The notes under the pieces were generated by a model, which saw only the letters and a program-made list of their open reading frames with translations, searched no databases and had not been told where the DNA came from. The translations under genes were made by a program, and so were the position numbers. From positions 44,942 to 108,941 of IMG/VR virus record IMGVR_UViG_3300004481_000271: a DNA stretch of 64,000 nt; one strand, written 5' to 3'. Positions 55,011 to 63,578 of this stretch are shown here, piece after piece. The stretch comes from a virus. Within the stretch, counting starts at the first letter, position 1. Each line of letters opens with the position of its first letter.

Positions 55011-55426
55011 CGCCCCCTCCACGGAGGACCCGCCCAGAACTCCCCGAGCCCGAGCCCTCGGGAGGCGAGGGAGAGAAGGGCGAAGCTCCTCGACCCGACC
55101 CCCTCCCCAACGAGGACCCGCTCGCCGGAGCAGAGGACGACGAGGACCTCCCAGACGTGCGGGACGGACGTCCGCTCCCGGCGGAGCTCGACGGCGCCTC
55201 CGAGCCGGACCGTCGAGGCGAGCTCGGGCGGGAGGAGGGAGAGGAACGCCTCGGCGGCCTGGCTCGGGTTCGGCCCGGGAGCCTCGCCGCAGTAGAAACC
55301 GACCTCGGCCTCGACGACGCCGCGGACGGCCCGGCGGAGCTCGAGGTCGAAGGGAAGGAGAAGCCGGCCCCCTCCGGCGGTCGTCGCGTCCTCCCTCGCA
55401 TCGACCCGGCGGTCCTCCTCGGCCAC
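55007..55426 (-). CDS. RLG-motif small protein
   Basis: LLPPELASTVRLGG; GTG after GGGAGG. Confidence 0.7.
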   Translation of the reverse strand: MAEEDRRVDAREDATTAGGGRLLLPFDLELRRAVRGVVEAEVGFYCGEAPGPNPSQAAEAFLSLLPPELASTVRLGGAVELRRERTSVPHVWEVLVVLCSGERVLVGEGVGSRSFALLSLASRGLGLGEFWAGPPWRGR

Positions 55427-55459
55427 GACGGCGACCTCCCTCCCTCCTGTTACTGCCCG

Positions 55460-56240
55460 GTCGGTCCGGCCCAAGGCGGACGTCCGACCCGAGCCCGCGG
55501 GAGCCGGACTCCGCCCGTCGGGGCCCTCGAGGTGGACCCCCAAACGCCCCCGCCCCTCCCGTCCCCAAACGCCCCTTCCGACGGAGCCCAAAACGCAAAG
55601 GTCCCGCCGTTGACCCCTCCCCGAGCCGGACGTCCGACGCGGGAGCTCCTCCCCCGACCCCGGGAGGAACCTCGCCCTCCGCCCCTCCCCGAGACGACCC
55701 GCCGAAGGCGCCTCGGCCCTGCCGCCCCGCGCGCCCCGGCCCTCGCCAAACCCCCTCGAGGACTCCCAGCGCGGAGCTCCTCAACCTTGCCGGGCCGGAC
55801 GTCCGACTCGGCGCGGGCCCCTGCGACAACCTGGACCTCGAGGCGACGCGGGAGGACCCCCTTCCCCGGTGTCGCCCCGCGGCGCGGGAGGACCCCCCAC
55901 AAGCCCCCGGGAGGTGTCGCCCCGCGAAGGCGCGAGTTGCAGACCGATGGAGGGGGAGGCGGGCCCGGCCCGGGCGCCCCGGCGCCCGGAGCGGCGGCCC
56001 CCGGGGGGCCAGCGGCGGCGGCGACCCCGGGCCCCGGAGCGGGCGCCCGGCTCGGGTCGGCCCCTCGCCGAGGGCGGCAACGAGAGCCTCGAGGCCCTCG
56101 AGGGCGCGGGCGGGGAGCTCCTCGAGGACGTCGACGGGGAGCTCCTCGAGGTCGCCCTCGGCGGCGCCGGTGAACGCCCCCGGCGTAACGACCCGTCCGT
56201 CCCGTAACGCTTGCGGTGTCTCGGTCGGTGTCTCGCAACG
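55460..56240. repeat. Non-coding gap with clustered short direct repeats (candidate pac/terminus/origin)
   Basis: GGACGTCCGAC x3, CCCCAAACGCCCC x2, CGCGGGAGGACCCC x2, GGTGTCGCCCCGCG x2, GGGGAGCTCCTCGAGG x2. Confidence 0.6.
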
Positions 56241-56242
56241 TA

Positions 56243-57061
56243 TCAGTGGAGCTTCGCGGGGTCGGCGGGGACCTCGACGAGGTCGACGGCGTCGGGGACG
56301 AGCCCCCGCTTCCGGGCGCGGGCGAGGGCCCTCGAGGCGAGCTCGATCGTCCGGGCGGCGTCCTCGAGCCCCATGTTCCGGACGTCGACGCCGACGATCT
56401 CGGTCGGCTCGCCGAGGATGATCCGCTCCATCTCGAGGTTGATCTTCGCGGCCTCGGCGGCGTTCCGGGTGAGGTAGGCGAGGGTCGAGACGAACCGCGT
56501 GACCTGGGCGGGCTCGAGCTTCACCGCGCCGGTCCGGAGCTTCGTCTCGAGCTCGCGGGACTTCTCGATCCCGGCGGAGAGGAGCCTCGCGGTCGCGGAC
56601 ATCAGGGCGACGGTGTTCGCCCGGGAGAGCTTCACCATGGACGCCTCTGCCTCGCGGGCGGCGACGGCGTCGTCCTTCGCCAACATCCGGGCGGCCTCGA
56701 CCCCGGTCGTCCGGAGCCCGGCGAGCGGCGGCCCGGCGAGGTCCTCGCCGGCGTCCGCGCCTCCGGAGTCGGACGTCCCCGGCGGGAGCCCGGCCTCGGC
56801 CGAGCCGGCGAGGTAGACGGCGGCCTGGCGACGGGAGCGGGCGAGGAGACGCTCCTCGTCGAGAACGTCCCTGATTGCGGGCAGTTGGCGGGACGGCCAG
56901 CCCTCGTGCCAGGCCCGGCGGGCGGTCCCGCGCGCCACCCCGGCGGCGCGCCCAGCACGGCTCACATTGCCTGGATGTTCGCGGAACTGCGCGAGGAGGG
57001 CTTCGTAAGTGCTCCGTCCGACGAGCGAATCGGACCCCTTGCCGTTGCGGTACTTTCCCAT
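56243..57061 (-). CDS. HTH protein, probable terminase small subunit
   Basis: N-terminal HTH (NVSRAGRAAGVARGTARRAW..GW), helical core, LERxxxGEPTE-like end (MERIILGEPTE). Confidence 0.6.
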   Translation of the reverse strand: MGKYRNGKGSDSLVGRSTYEALLAQFREHPGNVSRAGRAAGVARGTARRAWHEGWPSRQLPAIRDVLDEERLLARSRRQAAVYLAGSAEAGLPPGTSDSGGADAGEDLAGPPLAGLRTTGVEAARMLAKDDAVAAREAEASMVKLSRANTVALMSATARLLSAGIEKSRELETKLRTGAVKLEPAQVTRFVSTLAYLTRNAAEAAKINLEMERIILGEPTEIVGVDVRNMGLEDAARTIELASRALARARKRGLVPDAVDLVEVPADPAKLH

Positions 57062-57358
57062 GGTGACCTCTTCGGCGAAGTGTAGCGTTATCGGACAGGC
57101 TAACGCAAGCCCGGCTCCGGCATCCGTGGGTCATCCTGGGGCGGGACCGGGCCTTCTAGGCGGCGGGCACGGTGGGCCCGGGGTTCCGGAGGGGGTTGGG
57201 CCTCCGGGCCTTAGAGGGCCCTTCTAGGGGCAGGGCGAGGGGGGTTGGTCTGGGAGAGGGTTGGGAGATAGGGGAGGAGCTTGGGGGAGAGGGAGGGGCG
57301 GGAGGGGCGGCGCGGCGGTGTTTTCTTCCCCCGGGAGGGACGGCGCGGCGCGGGCGGG

Positions 57359-57784
57359 TCATGGGCTGGGTTCGCCGGAGGGGGACGGTGGGAGAAGCCA
57401 GCGGGGAGGGGCGAGGGTCCATGGGGCGGGGAGCTCGGCGAGGGGGAGGCGGAGGGTCGAGGCGAGGAGGAAGAGGCGGGGACGCTGGACGACTCGGCGG
57501 GTCTCGGCGTAGGCGAGGGGGAGGACGAGCTCGAGGAGGACGTCCGACTCGGCGGCGGCGAGGAAGGTCAAGGCGGAGCCCGGACCGTAGGTGAAGCGGT
57601 GGAGCTCGAGGGTCTCGGAGGTAGGCTGGAAGGAAGTCGGGCGGGCACGGAGGACGAGAACGAAACCGGCGAGCTCGCCCCCGAGACGGACGAGGGTCTC
57701 GAGGTCGGGAGGGAGGAGGGCGAGGAGACTGTCGGCGAGGATGTCCGGAGGCGAGTCGAGCTCGAAGGGGCGGCCGGCGGTCAT
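57359..57784 (-). CDS. RLG-motif small protein
   Basis: LLPPDLETLVRLGG. Confidence 0.72.
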   Translation of the reverse strand: MTAGRPFELDSPPDILADSLLALLPPDLETLVRLGGELAGFVLVLRARPTSFQPTSETLELHRFTYGPGSALTFLAAAESDVLLELVLPLAYAETRRVVQRPRLFLLASTLRLPLAELPAPWTLAPPRWLLPPSPSGEPSP

Positions 57785-58185
57785 CGCTTCCCCGGCGACG
57801 GAGGCGGCGGGAGTATCCAGAGGGGGCCAGCGGAGTAGACCTCGGCGGCGGGGAGGTCGAGAGCCAGGGCGAGGGCGACGGTCTCGGCGCGGGCGACGGC
57901 GTCGTCGACGGTGTCGAGGCGGCGGCGGCGGAGGACGGCGAGGACGTCCGCCCCGAGGAGCGGGACGTCTTCGTCCCCGGCGGCCGGAAGGGTAGGTCGG
58001 ACGAGCTCGAGGGCGATGTCGGAGCCCCGGCGTGGGGACTCCCAGCGGGCGGGCGAGGTCCAGAGGACGAGGAAGAGGCAGTCGACTCCCCTTCCCCCGC
58101 CGAGACGGAGGCGGGCGGCGAGAGCCGCGTCTCGGCGGGCGACGACCTCGAGGAACCGGTCGAGAGGTGAGTCGCCGGCGGTCAT
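57781..58185 (-). CDS. RLG-motif small protein (reduced motif)
   Basis: DAALAARLRLGG. Confidence 0.68.
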   Translation of the reverse strand: MTAGDSPLDRFLEVVARRDAALAARLRLGGGRGVDCLFLVLWTSPARWESPRRGSDIALELVRPTLPAAGDEDVPLLGADVLAVLRRRRLDTVDDAVARAETVALALALDLPAAEVYSAGPLWILPPPPSPGKR

Positions 58186-58601
58186 CGCCTCCCCCGAGTC
58201 GCTCCGTCGGCGGGGTCGAGAAGCGGGAGGCGGAGGGCGAGAGCCGCTTCGGAGACGCTCGAGAGGGCGGCGACGCGGACGGCGAGGGCGAGGACGGCGT
58301 CCTTCGGCTCGAGGTGACTCAGGGCGGCCCCGAGTAGCCCGTCCGGGATGTAGCCGTCGACGTCGGCGGCGAGGACGGCGAGCTCGAGGACGTCTTCGAC
58401 GAGGACGTCCGCCTCGAGGGAGCGGGGTCGCCTCGCCCCCTCGGGACCGAAGACGGGAGGGAAGCGGACGAGAGCGACGGTCGGCGTCCCCCTCGGCCGA
58501 CGCTCGACTCGGAGGGCGAGACCGCTCCGACGGGCGCCCCCGAGACGGAGCTCGGCCTCGAGATCGGCCGGAAGGAGGGCGAGAAGCTCGTCGGCGGTCA
58601 T
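58182..58601 (-). CDS. RLG-motif small protein
   Basis: LLPADLEAELRLGG. Confidence 0.72.
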   Translation of the reverse strand: MTADELLALLPADLEAELRLGGARRSGLALRVERRPRGTPTVALVRFPPVFGPEGARRPRSLEADVLVEDVLELAVLAADVDGYIPDGLLGAALSHLEPKDAVLALAVRVAALSSVSEAALALRLPLLDPADGATRGRR

Positions 58602-59068
58602 CGCCTCCCCCGCGTCGGCGTCGCGACGCATCGGGCGTTAGGGTGCGAGGGAGGGAAGACGAGATCCCGCCTCGGCGCCCCGGGCGGGACGATCCAACCG
58701 GGCGCCTCGAGGGTCGCGTCGAAGTCGGGGAACTCGGCGAGCGGAAGGGCGAGCGCCTCCGCCAGACGGCGGAGGGGAGGGAGGGGGACGGTCCTCGACC
58801 TCCTCCGGCGGACCGGGACTTCGGCGATGACCTCGAGACCGCCCTCGAGGAGCTCGTCGAGCTGGGGCGGGGAGGCGCGAAGGCGAAGAACCTCGAGACG
58901 AGCGTCCGGCCCGTTGGTCCGGAGGACGAGCACGAGACCGCTCGCCTCGCCGGCGAGCCGAATCTCCGCCCGAACCTCGGGAGGGAGAAACGCGAGGAGC
59001 TCCTCCGAGGGGGTTCCCCGGGAGGGTTCCCATATGGAAAGCGCGCGAGGGTCTTCCTCGTCGGTCAC
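58598..59068 (-). CDS. RLG-motif small protein
   Basis: FLPPEVRAEIRLAG; GTG 6 nt after CAGTAAC. Confidence 0.7.
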   Translation of the reverse strand: MTDEEDPRALSIWEPSRGTPSEELLAFLPPEVRAEIRLAGEASGLVLVLRTNGPDARLEVLRLRASPPQLDELLEGGLEVIAEVPVRRRRSRTVPLPPLRRLAEALALPLAEFPDFDATLEAPGWIVPPGAPRRDLVFPPSHPNARCVATPTRGRR

Positions 59069-59075
59069 GCCACCG

Positions 59076-59375
59076 TTACTGCTCGAGGAGGTCCTCGGCG
59101 GGGACTGAGTAGAAGGCGGCAAGCTCGAGGCGGACGGCGTCGTCCCGGAGGTCGGCCCCCTCGAGGACGGCGGACATCCTGGCGAGGAGAAGCCGGAGCC
59201 GCTCGTCCGGCCAGCGGGCGAGGATCTCGAGCCGCTTCGCCTCGAGCTCGGACGCGAGTCCATCGAGCTTGGCGACGAGGGCCTCGGCGCGGTCGTGCTT
59301 GTCCGGCGGGACGGAGCCTCGCCGAAGTGCAAGGCGAGCGGCCTCGACAAGGGCGGAGTGTCGTCGGCTCGGCAT
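59076..59375 (-). CDS. Hypothetical helical protein
   Basis: Purine-rich SD; coding-like codons. Confidence 0.65.
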   Translation of the reverse strand: MPSRRHSALVEAARLALRRGSVPPDKHDRAEALVAKLDGLASELEAKRLEILARWPDERLRLLLARMSAVLEGADLRDDAVRLELAAFYSVPAEDLLEQ

Positions 59376-59485
59376 CGATCCTTCCCCTTTCTTCCCAGAG
59401 ACGTCGGAGAGAGGTTCGATCGGACGCCTATCGACAGGGAAGGAGATCCCTCCCCGAGGGCGAACGTCCGGCGAAGGACCGCCGG

Positions 59486-59710
59486 TCAGCCCTTCCCGTT
59501 GTTAACGAGGGCGGTCACGACCTCGGCGAGCTCGTCAACGTCCCGGCGGAGGGCGACAACCTGGGGAGGGATCTCGTCCAGTCGCCCGAGGGAAGTCGCG
59601 ACGGACATCACGGCTTCCCCCTGAGAGACGAGAAGCCGACGATGTTCCCGGAGCTCGGCGAGGATGTCTCCGAGAATGTCGAGCGTTGTCCGCGTCTTAT
59701 CGTCTGGCAT
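59486..59710 (-). CDS. Small coiled-coil protein
   Basis: Heptad pattern. Confidence 0.55.
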   Translation of the reverse strand: MPDDKTRTTLDILGDILAELREHRRLLVSQGEAVMSVATSLGRLDEIPPQVVALRRDVDELAEVVTALVNNGKG

Positions 59711-59801
59711 CCCGCCACGACCTCGCACCCCATCCGAAGTCTAGCAGACCTCTCCGACTTCCGTCTCCGGCGCAAAGCCAGAGCTCGAGCCGGCGGGAGG
59801 T

Positions 59802-59999
59802 TCATCGCCGGCTTCGCTCGCCAAAGGGATCCCGAACTTCGGCAACGACCTCGGCGACGACCTCCTCGGAGAGGGCGCGGTATCGCTCGGGGTCGGCGGC
59901 GAAGGCAGCGCGGACGAGCTCCTCGTCGCCCGGGAGCATCCGGCCGAGCTTCCCCCGCCGGCGGGCCCCGCGAACCTTCCCCCAGTCGATCTCGGTCAT
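59802..59999 (-). CDS. Hypothetical protein
   Basis: ATGA coupling, GGAGG. Confidence 0.55.
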   Translation of the reverse strand: MTEIDWGKVRGARRRGKLGRMLPGDEELVRAAFAADPERYRALSEEVVAEVVAEVRDPFGERSRR

Positions 60000-60349
60000 C
60001 CGGACCTCCGGTCGACCCAGTCCGGCGCCCTCGGCCATGGGCGAGCCTCGACATCCCAGCCCAGGACGCGGGCGGCGGCCTCGATCGTCCGGACGGTGAG
60101 CCCGTAGACGCACGTCCCGAGCGGGACGAAGCGGTCGCCGAAGGGCGGCGCCCAGAGCCGGACGGCGGTCTCGAAGGACTTCGAGGACGGCCAGCGGTCG
60201 AAGGCGAGCCGCCAGAAGCCCGGGAAGGCGCCGAGACGGGCGAGGGCCTCGACCTCGCCGGAGTCGGTGACCTCGGAGACGACGGCGAGGAGCTCCTCGG
60301 CGGCGGCGTCCGCCTCCCGGCCGGCGAAGCGGACGTCGAGCTTCAACAT
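59996..60349 (-). CDS. RLG-motif small protein (reduced motif)
   Basis: EELL...EVEALARLGA...AARVLGW. Confidence 0.65.
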   Translation of the reverse strand: MLKLDVRFAGREADAAAEELLAVVSEVTDSGEVEALARLGAFPGFWRLAFDRWPSSKSFETAVRLWAPPFGDRFVPLGTCVYGLTVRTIEAAARVLGWDVEARPWPRAPDWVDRRSG

Positions 60350-60660
60350 AGCGTCCGCACCCGTAGGAGCTCGGAGAGCCGGCGGCCGAGGCGGGCGTCG
60401 AGAACGGCGACGCGGTCGCCGAGCTTCCACGGCTCGGCGCCGGAGACGTCGACCGTCCGGGCCTCGAGGAGGAGCTTCGACGGCTCGCCATCGAGGTGCA
60501 GGGCGAGGCGGACGACCCGAGGACGGCGAGGGTTGAAGTCGGCCCGGAGCCGGAGCGGCGGGAGGTCGAGAAGCCGAAGGGCTCCCTCGTCCTCCGACGG
60601 GAGGAGGGAGAGGAGCCCGTCGACCGTCGGCGGGACCGTTGCGAGCGTCCGGGTCACCAT
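60343..60660 (-). CDS. RLG-motif small protein (variant)
   Basis: LLPSEDEGALRLLD. Confidence 0.65.
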   Translation of the reverse strand: MVTRTLATVPPTVDGLLSLLPSEDEGALRLLDLPPLRLRADFNPRRPRVVRLALHLDGEPSKLLLEARTVDVSGAEPWKLGDRVAVLDARLGRRLSELLRVRTLC

Positions 60661-61007
60661 GGTCCGATCCCGTGCGCGAAGGTCTGCCCCTCCTCGCGGG
60701 TTGTCGAAAGGAGCGGGAGCTCGAGGGCGTCGGAGGCGATCAAGGCGTCGTCCCCGGTCGCCCCCTCGATCCGGACGAGCTGGACGATCGCGGCGACGAC
60801 GGCGTCCGGGATCTCGTTCGGCCGTTCGCCGAGGACGTCCTCGCGGAGCTCGGCGGGGAGCCGGACGACCTCGAGCCAGTGCGCGCCGGCGTCGCCCCTC
60901 TGGACCCGGAGGGCGAGCCCGTTCGCCCGGCCTCCGAGGCGGACCTCGGCCTCGAGCTCGGGCGGGAGAGCGAAGCGGGCGAGGATCTCCTCGACGACGT
61001 CGGTCAT
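60654..61007 (-). CDS. RLG-motif small protein
   Basis: ALPPELEAEVRLGG. Confidence 0.72.
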   Translation of the reverse strand: MTDVVEEILARFALPPELEAEVRLGGRANGLALRVQRGDAGAHWLEVVRLPAELREDVLGERPNEIPDAVVAAIVQLVRIEGATGDDALIASDALELPLLSTTREEGQTFAHGIGPW

Positions 61008-61360
61008 CGCGTCCCCCAGCCCGCGAGGGCGAGGTCCTCGGCGGTCGGCCTCCGCCACGCCTCGAAGGGCGGGACCTCTCCCTCGACACGGTCGAAGTCG
61101 AGGACCTCGAAGGGGTTGCTCGGGTCAACCCACCATTGCAGCCGGCGCCCCTCCTCGGAGTCGTCCGCCCATCGGTCCGGCGGCCCGACCTTGATCTCCG
61201 TCGCGCATGAGCTCCCAACGATGACGACCCCGACCCGACGAGCTCGCCCGGGCCAGCGACGCTCGAAGATCCGGAGCTTCGTCCCCCGCGGCGGGACGAA
61301 GAAGTCGCCGAGGCGGCGGGCGGCGGTCGCCTGGGCGGCGGTCTTCTCCTCGCGGGTCAA
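61004..61360 (-). CDS. RLG-motif small protein (SH3-like subfamily)
   Basis: AARRLGDFFVPPRGTKLRI. Confidence 0.62.
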   Translation of the reverse strand: MTREEKTAAQATAARRLGDFFVPPRGTKLRIFERRWPGRARRVGVVIVGSSCATEIKVGPPDRWADDSEEGRRLQWWVDPSNPFEVLDFDRVEGEVPPFEAWRRPTAEDLALAGWGTR

Positions 61361-61722
61361 GACTTCCTCCGCCGGAGACGGGCGACGCGGAGGGCCCCCT
61401 CGGCAAGCCTCGGCCAGTTGTCGAAGGGAAGCGCCGAGGCGGGGACCTCGAGGACCTCGAGGTCGCCCGGCACGGCGACGAGTCGGACGGGAGGATGTTC
61501 GACCCCGACCTTCCGGGCGTTCGCGGAGAGGACGGCGCCGACCCCTTCCTCGAGGTCGAGCTCGACCTCGAGGCGGTCGCGGCCGAAGTCAACAACGACC
61601 CCGAGAACGAACTCGCCATCCGGACCCGTTGCAGCGATGAAGCGGACGCGCGTCCCCGGCGGAGGGAGGGCGGGGTCGCCGAGGCGGAGGGCGGCGTTGA
61701 TCCGCCGGAGCTCGTCGGTCAC
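61357..61722 (-). CDS. RLG-motif small protein (SH3-like subfamily)
   Basis: NAALRLGDPALPPPGTRVRF. Confidence 0.65.
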   Translation of the reverse strand: MTDELRRINAALRLGDPALPPPGTRVRFIAATGPDGEFVLGVVVDFGRDRLEVELDLEEGVGAVLSANARKVGVEHPPVRLVAVPGDLEVLEVPASALPFDNWPRLAEGALRVARLRRRKS

Positions 61723-62171
61723 CGGAGCCTCCGAGGGCGCCAGGACGGCGGGAGCGGCGGGTCCTGGGGAAGCCGGACCTCCGCCGGCCGGAGCTCCCAG
61801 AGCTTCGGGCGTTCCGAGCTGTCGCCCGGCGGGTCTTCGGTGAGCCATTGGGTCCGCGGCCGGAGTCCGACGGCTCGAAGGGCGTCGACGACGGCGCGGC
61901 GGAGCTCGAGGGCGTCGTTCCACTCATAGCCGAGGGCCTCGACCTTCTCGCCGGCGGGGACCTGGACGAGAGGGAAGGACCCGAGTCCGGGGAGCTTGAT
62001 CCAGAGCCGGAGCTCGCAGCGGGCGCCCCCGCCCTCGAGGAGCCAGGTCGCGAAGACCTCCCCCTCCTCGACCCCGAGGCAGAGGACGGCGGCGACGTCC
62101 GGACGGAGGACCTCGAGGACGAGGTCGAGGATGTGGCGGTCGCCGGCGGTCGGCGGACGGGTCTCGATCAT
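61719..62171 (-). CDS. RLG-motif small protein (variant)
   Basis: VLRPDVAAVLCLGV; ATG 7 nt after CAGTAAC. Confidence 0.65.
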   Translation of the reverse strand: MIETRPPTAGDRHILDLVLEVLRPDVAAVLCLGVEEGEVFATWLLEGGGARCELRLWIKLPGLGSFPLVQVPAGEKVEALGYEWNDALELRRAVVDALRAVGLRPRTQWLTEDPPGDSSERPKLWELRPAEVRLPQDPPLPPSWRPRRLR

Positions 62172-62179
62172 CCCCTCCG

Positions 62180-62767
62180 TTACTGCTCGCGGGAGTCGAG
62201 GATGTCCTCGAGGATCCGCTCGGGCGGGAGGACCTCCCGGACGATGTCGGCGACGGCGCGGGAGGCGGCCCGTCCGTCGTTCAGGATACGACAGCACGCC
62301 TCGATGGAGTAGGAAGCCCGACTCGTCGCCTCGAGGCGGTTCCCCACCTTCACCGCGCCGGCGAGGAGGATCGCCTGGGTCACCGCTTCCCGAAGTCGGG
62401 AGTGACGTCCGAGGACGCGGGCATCGGTCCGAAGGATCGGCTCGGCGGCGAGGATCGCCTCGCCGGTCTCGCCCTGGGCGAGGCGGTCGACGAACCGCTC
62501 GACGGTCGTGTAGGTTCCCGGCGGGAGGGCGAGGACCTCGAGGCAGCGACCGAGAACGGCGCCGACGGCCCGGAGGAGGGCGGTCTCCCGGCCGGCGGCG
62601 GAGGCGAGCTCGACGAGGAGGGCGGCATCGCCGGACTTCTCGAGGGATCGGCGGAGCCCCCCGGGCGACCGGAGGAGGACCCCTTCCTCGCCGGCGGCGG
62701 TGAGCTCGAGCCCGCGGAGACGGACGAGGGTCTTCAAGGCGACGAGGTTCTCGAGCTCGAGGGTCAT
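62180..62767 (-). CDS. Hypothetical helical protein
   Basis: ATGA coupling; coding-like codons. Confidence 0.65.
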   Translation of the reverse strand: MTLELENLVALKTLVRLRGLELTAAGEEGVLLRSPGGLRRSLEKSGDAALLVELASAAGRETALLRAVGAVLGRCLEVLALPPGTYTTVERFVDRLAQGETGEAILAAEPILRTDARVLGRHSRLREAVTQAILLAGAVKVGNRLEATSRASYSIEACCRILNDGRAASRAVADIVREVLPPERILEDILDSREQ

Positions 62768-63219
62768 CGGCGCCTCCGTCGGCCCCGGTAGGAGGGCGTC
62801 CGTCGAAGCGGCCGGAGCTCGAAGGGCCCCGAGGGAGGCGAGTCCGGAAGCTCGCCCCTCGCCGGCGAAGGGGGACGGAGGAAGCGAGGCTCGCGGCGAA
62901 TGCGCCAGCCGAGGGACTCGGCGGCGTCGGCAAGGAGCGGCGTCCGGTCCCGGGAGACTCGCCCAAGGAGGAGCTTCCCGAGCCCGGCCCGAACCTCGAC
63001 GAGGACCCCAGGCGCCCCGTAAGACCCCGACTCGAGCTCCCCGAGGACGAGCTCGAGCTCGCCCCCGAGGCGGGCGGCGGCCTCGGCCGATTCGGGAAGG
63101 AGCTCGAGGAGCCAGTCGGCAACGTCGGCGACCGCTTCCTCGGCGCGGGCGACTCGGTCACCGTGGACGACGGCGGTCCGGCGGGCGGCGGTGTCGACGG
63201 CGACGTCGAGGTCGATCAT
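62764..63219 (-). CDS. RLG-motif small protein
   Basis: LLPESAEAAARLGG. Confidence 0.72.
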   Translation of the reverse strand: MIDLDVAVDTAARRTAVVHGDRVARAEEAVADVADWLLELLPESAEAAARLGGELELVLGELESGSYGAPGVLVEVRAGLGKLLLGRVSRDRTPLLADAAESLGWRIRREPRFLRPPSPARGELPDSPPSGPFELRPLRRTPSYRGRRRRR

Positions 63220-63578
63220 ATGATCCCCTCGTCGCCCAGCCCATCGAGCCGGCGGGTCGATCGGTGTTCCCGTTTCCAGCCCCGGACCTTCGCGAACTCG
63301 AAGAGCTCCCTCGGGATCTTCCCCCGCTTCCATACCCCGACCCGGCGCCATTCCGCGGAGGCGCCCTCGACGAGAACCCAGATCTCGAGAGCGTTCGGAC
63401 GGGAGGCGAAGATCCGGACGACCATCCGGATCGACGCCCCGGCCCCGAGGCGGAGGGCGGCGGCCTCGGAGGGCGGGAGGGAGGCGAGGACGCGGTCGAG
63501 CGGCGGGACCTTGCTCGGGGTCGGGAGCTTCCCGACCCCGCGGCGTCGAGGGCCTCCCGGCGTTCGCCAGTAGGTCAC
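63216..63578 (-). CDS. RLG-motif small protein
   Basis: SLPPSEAAALRLGA. Confidence 0.7.
   Translation of the reverse strand: MTYWRTPGGPRRRGVGKLPTPSKVPPLDRVLASLPPSEAAALRLGAGASIRMVVRIFASRPNALEIWVLVEGASAEWRRVGVWKRGKIPRELFEFAKVRGWKREHRSTRRLDGLGDEGII

Larger units (their letters stand above)
24899..62189 (-). promoter_or_regulatory. Dispersed CGRGYAGTAAC motif, 7 copies (24899, 41620, 48787, 52172, 55449, 59075, 62179)
   Basis: Same strand, always just upstream of a gene start, 6-7 nt before the start codon in four cases. Confidence 0.65.

Noticed and set aside
55450-56238. 262-aa minus-strand ORF in the gap after the TerS-like gene
   Set aside because: G/P/R/A low-complexity translation without the genome's codon pattern; treated as non-coding
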